Positions 48,542-59,481 of a stretch of 64,000 bases of DNA are shown here, piece by piece. Both the position numbers and the translations under genes were made by a program. The stretch's first letter is position 1; each line of letters starts with the position of its first letter. Source of the DNA: Rhizaria sp. SCN 62-66 (Eukaryota); the NCBI GenBank assembly GCA_001724265.1, contig MEDY01000257.1:1-64000 (forward strand), written 5' to 3'. A model generated the notes under the pieces. It saw only the letters and a list, made by a program, of their open reading frames with translations, made no database searches and was not told the origin of the DNA.

Positions 48542-50878
48542 ATGAGCACTCAGCAGCAGCAGGCGCGGACGCAGAGCCACACGCCGAGCCAGGTGCAGTG
48601 CGCGCAGGCGCATGTGCTGCAGCTTATCCCGGCGCTCGTCCCGCCCGCCGAGGTCTTTGACCGCGCCACTATGGCTGGCGCTGACGCCGCGCTGGCATAC
48701 CTGCAGGCCAAGAACCTCGAGGCGCTGCGTCTGCGCACGCAGTCGCGCAGCTTCGCGCAGGAGCAGATGCAGAGCTATCTGGACCGGCTCGGACTTGACC
48801 TCTCACCGCTGAGCGTCGTCCATGTCGCAGGCTCTAAAGGCAAGGGTAGTACGTGCGCCTTTGCGGAAACGATCCTGCGCAAGCACGGGCTCAAGACGGG
48901 CATGTACACGTCGCCGCACCTCATCTCGCTGACCGAGCGCTACCGCATCAACACGCAGCACATCAGCGAGGAGCTCTTCCTCAAGCACTTCTGGCGCGTC
49001 TGGGACGGGCTCTGGGCCACCATTCCTCAGCAGCAGGCTGCCGACACTGCCGCTGCTACGTCCGGTGCCGCTGCCGACTCCGTTGCTGCTGCGGCCGCTG
49101 CGCTGCCGCGTATCCCGCCGATGCCCGCGTACTTCGCGTTCCTGACGCTGGTCGGCTTCGATCTGTACGTGGCCGAGAAGGTTGACGTGCTGCTGCTCGA
49201 GGTCGGGCTGGGCGGCAAGCTCGACGCCACCAACGTTGTCCCCGCGCCGCTGGTGACGGCCATTACGCCGCTGGCGCTTGAGCACACCGAGATCCTGGGC
49301 AACACGCTCGCGGCCATCGCTGGCGAGAAGGCCGGCATCGCCAAGCGCGGGGCGCCGCTCTACACAGTTCCGCAGCCGCAGGAGGCGATGAGCGTGCTGA
49401 TGGACGCCGCCGCAGGCGTGGCGACGCCGCTGCGCGTCGCGCTGCCGCTCGGCCAGGGCCTGGGCGCCACGACGACGGTGCCCAAGCTGGGGCTGTCAGG
49501 TGCGCACCAGCTCGGCAACGCCGCGCTCGGGGCCACGCTCGCGCACGTTGCGCTATGCCGGCTCCAGGAGCTGGGGAAGCTGCCCGCTGCGGCCGCCGCG
49601 CTGTTTCGCAGCAATGATGGCACAAGTCGTGACAGCTCCACCATTGTCGCGAGCGCTGCCTGTGCGGATAAGTGGCAAGTGCCCGGCGTCGCGCTGGTCA
49701 CGCTCGACTCGTCCGCATCGCCCGCCGCCGTCTCCTCCGTGACGACCGCGACGAGCGCTGGCGGCGCGAGAGTGCTGTTCCCGCCCACGGGCGCGCTCGA
49801 CGCGGTGACCGCCACTTCGGTTGCGCCGCTAGGCGGCACCACCGCCGGCGACGCGGGCATCGCGCTCCCGCCGCTGTTCGCGCAGGGTCTGACCGAGTCG
49901 AGCTGGGCCGGCCGCTGCCAGGTTGTCGCGGACTCGGTGGCGCCCAACCTCACCGTTTTCCTCGACGGCGCTCACACGGTTGAGTCCATCGGGCTCTGCG
50001 CAGAGTGGTTCTCCACCGAGGTCGCGCAGCGCCGCGGTAAGATGCAGCAGCAGGCACAAGAGAAAGCGCAGGAGAACGAGGAGGAAGGCAAGCGCGTGCA
50101 GCAGCAGAGCGAGGCGAGTGTGGACGAGTGCGAACTATTGTTTAACTGCGGCCACGTGCGCAACCCCTTCCTGCTCCTGGAGCCCCTCGCCGGCGCGCTC
50201 AACGCCTCCGCAACCTCTACTGACTCCAGCAGCCGCCCGATCCGGTTCGCGCGAGCCACGTTCACGCCGTTCGAGCACGACCGGCTGCACCTGCTGGGAC
50301 CGCAGTCGCTGACTGAGCTGGCGGCCAGCTGTGGCCACGCCGCGCTGCCCGCCTCCACGGCCGCCGCGCTCGCCTGTGTCGACGCGCTGCCCGCGCCCGA
50401 CGTTGCTAGCGCCAGCGCCACCGCGAGTGCGAGCGCGAAGAGCTACGCGGAGAGCGGGCTATTGAGCTGGCAGCGCACGCTCATGGGCGTGTGGGACACT
50501 GTCTGGCTCGCTACGCGCGCCCCCGCGGCCGACTGCGGCGGCGAGGTGACCGTGGGCACCCTCTCGCCCTCCGGCGCGCCGCTCGCGGCCCTCTCGCCCG
50601 CCGCAGTGACCGCGGGCGCCGAGTCCGCCGCTGAGGCCGTGGCTAAGGCCGGCGTCAGCAGCGACAACACGGGCGTCTACCTCCGCCGCACGCTGCCATC
50701 TGTCGCCACCGGCTCTGCTGCGTGTTACCAGGTCAACGGCCTGCCATCGGCCACCGTGGCGTTAGAGCAGCTGCGCGTGCGCGCGCTCGCGCAACCCGAG
50801 AAGCAGTTTTACTGCCTCGTGACCGGTTCGCTGTACCTGGTCGGCAACACGCTCAATGCACTCAAGGTCGCGGTGTAA
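48542..50878 (+). CDS. FPGS: Folylpolyglutamate synthase; possible N-terminal extension from about 48221 (see findings)
   Basis: VVHVAGSKGKGSTCAF, GMYTSPHL...ERYRIN, YFAFLTL, EVGLGGKLDATN, EHTEILGNTLAAIAGEKAGI, HQLGNA, WAGRCQ, FLDGAHTVESI, LVTGSLYLVG. TAA stop. Confidence 0.94.
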   Translation: MSTQQQQARTQSHTPSQVQCAQAHVLQLIPALVPPAEVFDRATMAGADAALAYLQAKNLEALRLRTQSRSFAQEQMQSYLDRLGLDLSPLSVVHVAGSKGKGSTCAFAETILRKHGLKTGMYTSPHLISLTERYRINTQHISEELFLKHFWRVWDGLWATIPQQQAADTAAATSGAAADSVAAAAAALPRIPPMPAYFAFLTLVGFDLYVAEKVDVLLLEVGLGGKLDATNVVPAPLVTAITPLALEHTEILGNTLAAIAGEKAGIAKRGAPLYTVPQPQEAMSVLMDAAAGVATPLRVALPLGQGLGATTTVPKLGLSGAHQLGNAALGATLAHVALCRLQELGKLPAAAAALFRSNDGTSRDSSTIVASAACADKWQVPGVALVTLDSSASPAAVSSVTTATSAGGARVLFPPTGALDAVTATSVAPLGGTTAGDAGIALPPLFAQGLTESSWAGRCQVVADSVAPNLTVFLDGAHTVESIGLCAEWFSTEVAQRRGKMQQQAQEKAQENEEEGKRVQQQSEASVDECELLFNCGHVRNPFLLLEPLAGALNASATSTDSSSRPIRFARATFTPFEHDRLHLLGPQSLTELAASCGHAALPASTAAALACVDALPAPDVASASATASASAKSYAESGLLSWQRTLMGVWDTVWLATRAPAADCGGEVTVGTLSPSGAPLAALSPAAVTAGAESAAEAVAKAGVSSDNTGVYLRRTLPSVATGSAACYQVNGLPSATVALEQLRVRALAQPEKQFYCLVTGSLYLVGNTLNALKVAV

Positions 50879-51487
50879 GTTTCTCCTAAGCTCGAGTGTG
50901 TAGTCTGCATTGAAGTACCTTAGGGGTTCAATTGTCGACGAATGTGAGCTTAAGTCGTATTTGAATGTGTATCAGTGACAGAGCTGTAATTGTTTGTGTT
51001 GTTCGCATGCTTTTGCAATGGTGAATGTGAAATTATAATTTCACGAATGTATCGATCAATCATGAGCGTGTTGTGCTGTGACTGAAGCAAAAGAAACGAA
51101 TAAAGCAATACATGTACTGAATATTTATCGAACAGTAACGATCGAACAGTAACGCTTAGGCCAAACGTAAAAAGCAATAAAGCTGAGTGATATAAAATGG
51201 TTGTTAAAGAAAAAGGTAATCTATGGAAGCAAACTATGAAAAACTATGAAAAAAAATATAACTTTGAATAATACTGTAACTGTCTTCCTGGCTCTTTAGT
51301 TTAAAACTCCGCTGTCGCGGCGTCACTGTACACTAGTAACACATAGGCGCATAGGACCACGAGAAAACATCACCACACAAAGAGCTAGAAAATAAAACTG
51401 CATAAAACTATGAAACCGCTCACAACACACAGCGAAACTATGTTAATCGTGTGCTCAACTTGTCGTGGATGAAAGACGGATTCTCAC

Positions 51488-52800
51488 TTACTCCTGCGCC
51501 TCCTCCTGCTCGTCATCCGCAGCAGCCGCGGCAGCAGCAGCCTTCTTGTTGCCGCCGCCGCTCGCGCCCTTCTTGCTGCCGCTAGCGTCGTTGAACATGG
51601 CGTGGAAGGCGGCGCGCGAGACGCTGTCGCCGCCCGACGCGGGGTCCACGGCGAAGTTGATGGCCTGCACGTCGGCGTCGGTCAGGCGTGCGGCGTCGGT
51701 GAACACCTCGTCGGCGGTGCCCGCATACTCGTGGTCGGCCAGCGTGTCGCGGATGTCGTCGATCGAGAGCTTGCGGTCCTCGTCGCGGTCGAACACCTGG
51801 AACGCGAGCTTCGCAGACTGTGGGGCCAATGTATGGAACATTAAGAGAAATTAAATAGTAGAGTGAGCAAAGTTCAAAAAAACAATAATATTCGTTATAA
51901 AAATTACAACATTATTTGTCACATTGAGCTTTTGAACTCAGGAACCTAGTCACCGTGTGTCTGTCGATGATCATGTGGTGATAGTATGATGTGTGATGAC
52001 GAGTGATGAGTGAACGTACGCGCTGCAGGGCGTCGGAGCCCTTGGCCTCGGGGGTGTAGTTCTCCTTCGTGGGGTCCTCGCCAGCGTCGAGAGTGATGGA
52101 CTAAGAACAAGCAAAACACCCAAAATAAGGGAGAATATTAGGGAGAAAGAATTTGATGAGATAAGTCGCGTGAGTATTGAGTGAGCTGTGCCGAAATCTG
52201 TTGTGCGCTTGTTTGCTGTGGTCAAGCTTGGGTGTAAAAACGTACGTCAATAACCTTCTTGAACTGCTTGAAGTTCATGGTGCCGGCCGCGCCCTCAGTG
52301 GCGTACTCGATAATATCCTCGAGCTAAGTGAAGAAAGCGAACGAACGTACAATAGGAAACAGGATACAAACAACGCAATATGACATATATGAGCATCAAA
52401 CCAAAGAAATATAACACAAACCATGACTAAATATAACATTTCTGCGTTGTGTCACAATAAAACAATGTCCTGGTGAGATATATACTTTGCGATAAGTAAA
52501 AGTGTAGTGTCTAATTGGTGATGAAGGGAGTCGGTACGTACGAGCTCCTCAGAAAGGTAGATGCCCATGGAGGCAAACTGCGCCGCAAGGCGGGCAGAGT
52601 CAACCTCACCCTGTGTGCGTCAGTGTGAGACAAGTTGAAAAATACCAGACGAGAAAGTGAGATGGGGTGATAAAAAAAGAGACTCGACGACAAGCAGGCC
52701 GAGGCATAGAGACAATATAGATGGGACGAACCGTAATGCCCTCACCGGCAGTAAAGAGGGAGAAGATCTGTTGAGCGAGCACCGCGTTATCGTCAGACAT
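51488..52800 (-). CDS. Calmodulin/centrin-like EF-hand protein; exons 52800..52732, 52610..52542, 52323..52246, 52100..52020, 51817..51488
   Basis: Four phase-0 introns give MSDDNAVLAQQIFSLFTAGEGIT|GEVDSARLAAQFASMGIYLSEEL|LEDIIEYATEGAAGTMNFKQFKKVID|SITLDAG...QR|SAKLAFQVFDRDEDRKLSIDDI...VDPASGGDSVSRAAFHAMF. Only DRDEDRKLSIDD is near-canonical. TAA stop. Confidence 0.82.
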
Positions 52801-53385
52801 GAGGCTCTCTGTAGTGCAGGCGGGGCCGAATAAGGTGAAGCCAAGTGCAGAGGAAGAAGAGTAGAGTGAGTGAAAATAAGACCACTGCAGGAAGACCATG
52901 CAGATCCGCTTAGAGTGCATAAATAAAATATAATAATAAAAACCGCGCGTAAAATCCCAATTCGTCGTCAAAATACAAACCTGACGACTGAGAGAGGCAT
53001 ACACAGTCAATTTATCGAGGCGAAAACGGCCAGTCAAAACTAGCGACTGGCTTGGTTCTCAAAAAATTTGAGGCAGCCGTTACGACGAAGCAACTTAGCG
53101 GTCGATTTGTTTTCAATGGCCCACATCCAAGACACCGACTGTCACTACTCTGTGTTTAAATTTAGATTTTCCTGATATGTTATCAATGTGGCCATTCATG
53201 AAATTGCTGTAAGTTCTAAAAGTCCTGCACAATGCTCTCCCCAATACCTGCTCTCACACACTGTCAATCTCTGACCAAACTTCATCCTGTTCTTACGGTT
53301 GCTCGCTCCTCGCCCGCACCACTTACAACCCCCACTTTCTACACACTGCGCGCACCACGCCCGTTTGCTTACTTGCAGAGCTCGT

Positions 53386-56300
53386 ATGCTACCGAACGGG
53401 CTCTCGATCACGGCCCGTCGCTCCGTGCGCGACGACGAGTCGGCGGTTGAAGCGCTCGTTTCGAGCGAGAAACAGGATTACATCACCAAATTCGGTCCCT
53501 TCTCAGTCGCACACCTCATCGAGACATCAGTTCTCTCCATCACAGTTGTTGACGAGCAGGACACAATTGTTGGCTTTGCGTCCTTCCTCGACGCGCCGCC
53601 TGTGGGGCTCCAGTACGGCGCGCTGGCCCAGGACCGCTGGCCGCAGTGGTTCGCCGAGTCCTTCGACTCCCCCGCCGCGACCTGCGCCGTGCCGTCCTCG
53701 CTCTGGTGCGCCGCGTTTGTCGCGCCCGCCGAGATTACGGACACGATTGCGGACCGCGTGCTGCACACCGTCTTCGCCACGCTGCACTGGGTCGACGCCG
53801 TGCTCGCGCTGCTGCCGCTCGAGGTGCCCGTGTTCGCCCCGCTCAAGGACCGCTTCACGCCGCTGCCGCTGCGCCACGCCGGGCAGTACTTCGGGCCCCA
53901 GGCGTTTGTGTGCCAGCGCGCGATTTTTATCCCGCCGCTGCGCGTGCGCCGCGCGCGCATCGAAGACCACGACGACCTGGTGCCTGTGCTGAACCGCCAG
54001 TCTGAGGTGCTGACGAGCATCTACGGCGACTACTACCTGGCCACGCTCATTGAGTCGCAGGACGCCAACAACGTGTGCCTTGTCGCCGAGGTTGCCGGCC
54101 GCGCTGTGGGCCTGCTGTGCGTTACCGACGACATCGACGTCACGCTGCTCAACGAATGCTTCCAGCTCGAGCCCTACGACTTCCTCGTCAAGAACCCGCG
54201 CTCGATGCTCTCGCACTTCGCGCCCGCCTCCGCCAACGCGCTCCCCGCGCCCAGCAGCGGCGCCGCTGCGACTGGCGCCGGCTCTGCCGCGGGCGCCGCC
54301 GCTGGTAACTCTGCCGTGCCCCTGCTGGGTGCATCGTTCGCGCGCTCGCTCGGCGCTGACCGCCGTCTCCGCACGCTCTACTCCTCCCTGCTGCGCGCGC
54401 TGACGGGCGTGCAGCTCTCCGAGGCGCCCCCGATTACGGCTGTGCCGCTCGCTGAGGCCTCCGCGACATCGTTGCTGTCCGCCGACCTGTCTGGTGTGCC
54501 AGTGGCTGCAACGCATGGCGACGCGCGCGACGCCCAGGCCACCGCGCGCGCCGTCACCAGCACCCTGTCCTCTGCGGCGGCGTCGCATCCGCTGTGGGCG
54601 CGCGACTCGACGGTCCCGCCGCAGCACCGCGCGACGCTCACGCGCGCGCTGGCCACGCTCGCCGAGCAGTTCATCGCTCAGGTCCTCCTGGGCGCGCGCG
54701 CGCCGGCCCCCGCGCCCACCGCCAAGGACATTGCCGCCGCGATCCGCGAGCTCAAGCGCGCCCCCGCGTCGGGACCCGGCTCCACGGCCGCCAGCGAGCG
54801 TGCCGCCGCCGTGCTAGCCGCGGCCGCGGCGGCTGAGGCCGCGAGCAACGGCACCGCGCAACCCGGCACGGCCGTCGTGCTGACGGGCCGCCATCCAGGC
54901 GCGACCGTGGTCACCATCGGGCTCGGCGCGCCGCAGCCGCTGGTCGAGTACACGGCCGACGGGCTCACCAAGGTGCTGCCTGTGGCGACGCTGCTGCCTG
55001 CCGGCAGCGGCCCCGCGGCCCCGGGCGCGGTGGTGAGCCGCGAAGACGCGCCGCCGCTCATGAGCACCGACCCCGCGGTGGGCGCCGCGCTCGACTGCCT
55101 CGAGCACCTCTCGGGCGAGGCGCTGTCGCGCGAGGGCTTCGTCAAGACAGTCATGACCTTCGTCGCCACGCTCGCCAAGGCCAAGCCCCCCGTCGTCACC
55201 AGCAGTAACAACAACGCTAGTAGTAGCAGCAGCAGCGCAGGCTCGAGAAAGGCCGCGCAAAGCCAGCCGCTGGCGTGGACGCGGCACAGCATTGCGGCGG
55301 CGTTCCTGGCCTTCCTGGAGGAGGCCGCGCTGCCCAAGCCCGTGCCCGCGCCTGAAGACATCATCGACGAGGAGCAGATGAAGGCGCTGGCCGTCGCGCG
55401 CGCCGAGAACGAGGCGCGCGCTCAGGCCGCGCAGGCGCTCGCGGCCTTCGGCGTCGGCTCGGCCACAGGCAAGGGCAAGCGCGGGACGTCGGCCAGAAAC
55501 GCCGCCGCCGCGGGCACCAATGTCAGCGCGAGCGACGCCAGCGCCGGCAAGATGAGCGTGGGCGACAGCGTTGGCGACGCCGACACGAACGGCGACGAGG
55601 AAGAGGAGGACGAGGAAGAGGACGACGAGGATGACGGCGACAGCAAGGCTCTCGTCACCGCCGCCGCTGCGTCCGCCGCCGCTGCGGGCGCCGCGTCTTC
55701 GACGGCGCCGCTGCTCAACACGATCGCCGTCGTGATGTACTGCCTGGACGAGAGCTTCGAGGCGCGCGGCGCGGACCTGATCGGCCCCGCGTTCTCGTTC
55801 TTCAAGGACAAGGAGTATTGCGTCGTCACGCTGCCCTACACGTGCGAGGAGCACTCGCTGCTGCACCACTTCGCACCCGTGCCCGCGCGCCCGCAGTCGA
55901 CGCTCTCGCACGCGCTCTACCTGCTGCACCGCGACGCGCTGGGCGCCGTCGTCGACGTTGACTGGGCTACCGAGGCCGACTTTCCCGACGCTGCCGCGCT
56001 GCTGTCGTACATGGACCTGCCGCCCGGGCTTGACCCCGTGCTGCCCGCGCTCGAGGCCCCCGCTCACGCGGCCAACGACGGCGACTGCGCGCTGCCGACC
56101 CCCGTGGAGCTGGGCCTGGTCCCCGGCTCGCGCGCGGCCGCGCTCATGGCGCAGCTCCGCGCCGCGCTCGTCGACGAGTCGCTGCAGCGCGCGCTCTTCC
56201 TCCAGGACAAGGAAGCCCGCCGCGCCGCGCGCGCGCGCGCCGCCGCCATGCCGCTGCCGCAGCGCGGAGGCGCCGCCTCGTTGGCCGCCGCCTCCGCCGC

Positions 56301-59300
56301 GGCCGGTGAGGGCACTGGCGTGGGCTCCGCCTCTGAGCGCGACGCCGTGCGCACCGAGGAGGCGCTCGAGTACGACACGGTGCGGCCCACGCGGCGCAAC
56401 CTCGCAGCTTTCACGATCCGCTGTGAGGGCCATCTGGTCGGTTTCGCTCTGGCGCTGTCCCGCGCGCCCGCCGAAGTGGACGCCGTAGCGCGGTCTTTCG
56501 CCGTGAGCGAGTTCGTGTCCCCTCGTGATCTGCTCTCGCCCCAGGCCGCGGCCGCGCCCGCGGGCTCCTTCTGCCTCCCCGGCACGGGCCCCACGCACGC
56601 GGACCTGCTCGCGCTCGTCATCAACCCGCTCTTCAAGCGCCACACGCCACGCGTGTGCCGCGAGCTGCTCCGCCTCTTCCGCAAGCAGGTGCTGCTCTTC
56701 CGCGCCTTCCCGGGCGCGCCCGTTGACGACGTGCTCAACGTCTTCGTGCAGCTGCGCCCCGCCGCGGAGCCCGTGCAGGCGGACGACGTGCTCTGTCTCG
56801 GCCCCGACCTCGTGTCCTCGCAGGGTCCCCGCGGCGTCGCTGCGGTGCGGGCCAAGCGCGCCGCGCTCGCCGCGGCCGGTCCCAGCGCCGGCGCCAGCGG
56901 CATGAGCTCCGGAAGTGTCACTAACAGCAGTGACGCCGCCACTGATAATGACGCCGCTGTTGCTGGCCCTGAGACGGCCGCCGCTGCTGCCGCTGCCGCG
57001 GCCGCCGCGGCCGGCTACGCCGTGTCGGCCGAGGCGTCCTCCGCGCTCGTCGCCGAATCCTCGCTGCTGTGCCCGGTGTACCTGCTCTCACGCAAGCTCC
57101 TCTCGCTGCCGCGCGCGCCCATCAACGCGCGCGTTGTCGTCGTCGGCGCCTCGGACACCGGGCTCGCGCTGCTCGAGGCGCTGGTGCTGAACCCCGACCT
57201 GCAGTGCACCAACATCACGCTTGTCGCGCCCGAGGGCCTGCCTACGGGCCGGCCCAGCGACCTGGCTGCGCTCGCCGCCACGGCCGCCGCGGCGACGGCG
57301 ACGGCGCGCGATGCTGGCAGCGTGAGCGAGGCGGACCTGCCGCACCTGTTCCTGCCCGCGTCGCCGTACTACAACGACACGCACCTCGCGCGCCTCGGAC
57401 TGGGCACGCGCGTGCGCGTTGTGTGCGACCGCGTAGCCGGGCTCGACGCCGCCGCGCAGACGCTGCACCTGCTCTCGGGCGCCGCGCTGCCTTACGACGC
57501 GCTCGTCCTCGCCACCGGGCTGCGCGAGTGCACCGCGCGCCGCCTCGACGTTGACGAGCTCGCCTCGCAGCGCGCTGACGCCGCGGCCTTCGCCAATGCG
57601 CTGCTGCTGCCCGGCGAGGACGTTGGCGCCGCCGGCGCCGCCTCGGCTAACGACACCTCGGCCGCTGCTGCGAACGCGGGTGACAGCTCCTCGGCTGCCG
57701 GCAACAGGCGCGCTGGCACCGCAGCTACGGGCGGGCGTGCGACACGTGGCGCGGGCCCCTCGGCCTCCGTCGCCGCGGTTGCCGCCGGCGAGGACGAAGC
57801 GCGCGCCGTAAGCTTGGAGCCGCACGCGGGCCCCGTCGCGGGCATTGTCGCGCTCTCGACCACAGCCGACGCGCGCGCGCTTCTGGCGCTGCAGGCGCAG
57901 CTGCGCCCGCGCGTGACGGTCGTCTACGGCTGCAGTCTGCGCGCGCTGACCGCGCTTCAGGGCCTGCTGGCGTCGGGTGTGGCGCCCGCGGCGCTGGCGT
58001 GGGTGCACCCGCACTCTGCCGCGTCGGCCGAGTGGTGCCACGGCGATAAGGCCGTCGCCGAGCGCGCGCTGCGCGCCATCGCCGCGTTGGGCGTCGCCGT
58101 GTTCCCGCACGCCAAGATGACCGCGGTGCGCGCCGACAAGACGGGCAATCTCGCGCAGGTCATCGTGCAGCACGTCCCCGATACGGCCGCCACCAGCGCG
58201 GCCGCGGTCCCCGCGACACCGCACACCAGCAGCGCCTTCTCCCGCGGCGGGCTGATCGAGAACGAAGACTTCGAGTACCACCCCGAGTCCTCGACGGGCC
58301 CCGCGACGTACACGCTCGCCGCGCAGTGCCTCCTTGTCGCTGACGCCGTCGACGCCGACCCCTACATCTTCGGCGCCGCGCTCAGCAACTCGCTCGTCTT
58401 TGACGGCCGCCTCGTCGTCGACCACCGCTTCCGTGCCTGCGGCGCGGCGGACGGCACTCTTTACGCGGCCGGCCCACTGTGCAAGTTCTCGCGCGCGTAC
58501 GGCCGCACGCTGCCGCAGGAGCAGTACTGCTCGCGCGAGGTCGGCCGCGCGCTCGCGGCGTCGCTGCTGCAGAGCCTCGACCCCGTGCTCGCCGCCGAGG
58601 CGCGCGCGGCCGAGGAGGAGGCCGCCGCGGAGGCGCAGGCTGAGTCCGAGGCCGCGGCGGCGTCGGGCGACTCCGAGGCCGCGGCGCGCGCTGCGGCTGC
58701 GCGCACTGTCGCGCTGATGCCTGCGCTTGGCGCTGCGCCCAAGGTCGACGTCGCGCTGCTGCCCGGCGGGTTGCACTACCTGCACGTCGCGCTCCCGCCC
58801 TCGGTCACCGCCGCGGCGGCCACGGGCGCGGGCAACGTGCGGCCCAAGGTGCTGCTGAGCACGGTCAACGACGGCGTGTGCCGGCTCGTCTTCTCGGGCG
58901 TCGACGCGCGCCTGCAGTCGCTGACGTACCTCGACACCAAGCCCGTGCAGGTGTCCAACGTCATCCAGCTCGTTGGGCTCCCCGCGACGTACCTCAACAA
59001 CATCGTCGCGCGCTTCGAGGCGGGCACTGTGGCAGACTTGGCGGCCTACCTACAGCAGTCATGGACCACCGCGCTGTACCACGAGGCCTTCCCTGCGCTG
59101 CGCAGCGCCATTGCGGCCGCGCTGCAGGACGCCATGACGCAGGAGGCCGCCGATTCGGCCAGCGACAGCTTCGCGGCGCTACTCACCGAGGCCGTGGCCG
59201 AGCACCGCATGACGCTGCTCGACGGCGGCAGCCACGGCAGCAAGAACGCGACGAGTGCGACCAACCAATACCTGGCGCTGGCCGCGCGCGTTGCGGAGCA

Positions 59301-59481
59301 GATGCCCGTGGCGCCCAAACACGTTATCCAGGCCAAGCTGCTGCAGTTCATCGACGAGAACGCCGACGCGTTGCCCGGGTACGTGATCCCAGCCGCCGCC
59401 TACGAGCCCGTGCCCACGCCCAAGGTTGTCCGCAACAAGGCCGCCGCGGCCGCCGCTGCTGCTGCGGGTGGCGCTGTTTGA
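53386..59481 (+). CDS. CFAP61: Cilia- and flagella-associated protein 61 (CSC / radial spoke 3 subunit), expanded by Ala-rich inserts
   Basis: VRRARIEDHDDLVPV, YGDYYLATLI, LLNECFQLEPYDFL, AFSFFKDKEYCVVTLP, HALYLLHR, INARVVVVGASDTGLALLEAL, YDALVLATG, LVFDGRLVVDHRF, YAAGPLCKFSRAY, WTTALYHEAF. TGA stop. Confidence 0.92.
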   Translation: MLPNGLSITARRSVRDDESAVEALVSSEKQDYITKFGPFSVAHLIETSVLSITVVDEQDTIVGFASFLDAPPVGLQYGALAQDRWPQWFAESFDSPAATCAVPSSLWCAAFVAPAEITDTIADRVLHTVFATLHWVDAVLALLPLEVPVFAPLKDRFTPLPLRHAGQYFGPQAFVCQRAIFIPPLRVRRARIEDHDDLVPVLNRQSEVLTSIYGDYYLATLIESQDANNVCLVAEVAGRAVGLLCVTDDIDVTLLNECFQLEPYDFLVKNPRSMLSHFAPASANALPAPSSGAAATGAGSAAGAAAGNSAVPLLGASFARSLGADRRLRTLYSSLLRALTGVQLSEAPPITAVPLAEASATSLLSADLSGVPVAATHGDARDAQATARAVTSTLSSAAASHPLWARDSTVPPQHRATLTRALATLAEQFIAQVLLGARAPAPAPTAKDIAAAIRELKRAPASGPGSTAASERAAAVLAAAAAAEAASNGTAQPGTAVVLTGRHPGATVVTIGLGAPQPLVEYTADGLTKVLPVATLLPAGSGPAAPGAVVSREDAPPLMSTDPAVGAALDCLEHLSGEALSREGFVKTVMTFVATLAKAKPPVVTSSNNNASSSSSSAGSRKAAQSQPLAWTRHSIAAAFLAFLEEAALPKPVPAPEDIIDEEQMKALAVARAENEARAQAAQALAAFGVGSATGKGKRGTSARNAAAAGTNVSASDASAGKMSVGDSVGDADTNGDEEEEDEEEDDEDDGDSKALVTAAAASAAAAGAASSTAPLLNTIAVVMYCLDESFEARGADLIGPAFSFFKDKEYCVVTLPYTCEEHSLLHHFAPVPARPQSTLSHALYLLHRDALGAVVDVDWATEADFPDAAALLSYMDLPPGLDPVLPALEAPAHAANDGDCALPTPVELGLVPGSRAAALMAQLRAALVDESLQRALFLQDKEARRAARARAAAMPLPQRGGAASLAAASAAAGEGTGVGSASERDAVRTEEALEYDTVRPTRRNLAAFTIRCEGHLVGFALALSRAPAEVDAVARSFAVSEFVSPRDLLSPQAAAAPAGSFCLPGTGPTHADLLALVINPLFKRHTPRVCRELLRLFRKQVLLFRAFPGAPVDDVLNVFVQLRPAAEPVQADDVLCLGPDLVSSQGPRGVAAVRAKRAALAAAGPSAGASGMSSGSVTNSSDAATDNDAAVAGPETAAAAAAAAAAAAGYAVSAEASSALVAESSLLCPVYLLSRKLLSLPRAPINARVVVVGASDTGLALLEALVLNPDLQCTNITLVAPEGLPTGRPSDLAALAATAAAATATARDAGSVSEADLPHLFLPASPYYNDTHLARLGLGTRVRVVCDRVAGLDAAAQTLHLLSGAALPYDALVLATGLRECTARRLDVDELASQRADAAAFANALLLPGEDVGAAGAASANDTSAAAANAGDSSSAAGNRRAGTAATGGRATRGAGPSASVAAVAAGEDEARAVSLEPHAGPVAGIVALSTTADARALLALQAQLRPRVTVVYGCSLRALTALQGLLASGVAPAALAWVHPHSAASAEWCHGDKAVAERALRAIAALGVAVFPHAKMTAVRADKTGNLAQVIVQHVPDTAATSAAAVPATPHTSSAFSRGGLIENEDFEYHPESSTGPATYTLAAQCLLVADAVDADPYIFGAALSNSLVFDGRLVVDHRFRACGAADGTLYAAGPLCKFSRAYGRTLPQEQYCSREVGRALAASLLQSLDPVLAAEARAAEEEAAAEAQAESEAAAASGDSEAAARAAAARTVALMPALGAAPKVDVALLPGGLHYLHVALPPSVTAAAATGAGNVRPKVLLSTVNDGVCRLVFSGVDARLQSLTYLDTKPVQVSNVIQLVGLPATYLNNIVARFEAGTVADLAAYLQQSWTTALYHEAFPALRSAIAAALQDAMTQEAADSASDSFAALLTEAVAEHRMTLLDGGSHGSKNATSATNQYLALAARVAEQMPVAPKHVIQAKLLQFIDENADALPGYVIPAAAYEPVPTPKVVRNKAAAAAAAAAGGAV

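Noticed and set aside
10439-59481. Three axonemal genes (CCDC39, WDR78, CFAP61), considered as a ciliary cluster
   Set aside because: They are interspersed with housekeeping genes, and flagellates have hundreds of ciliary genes. They only show that the organism has motile flagella.
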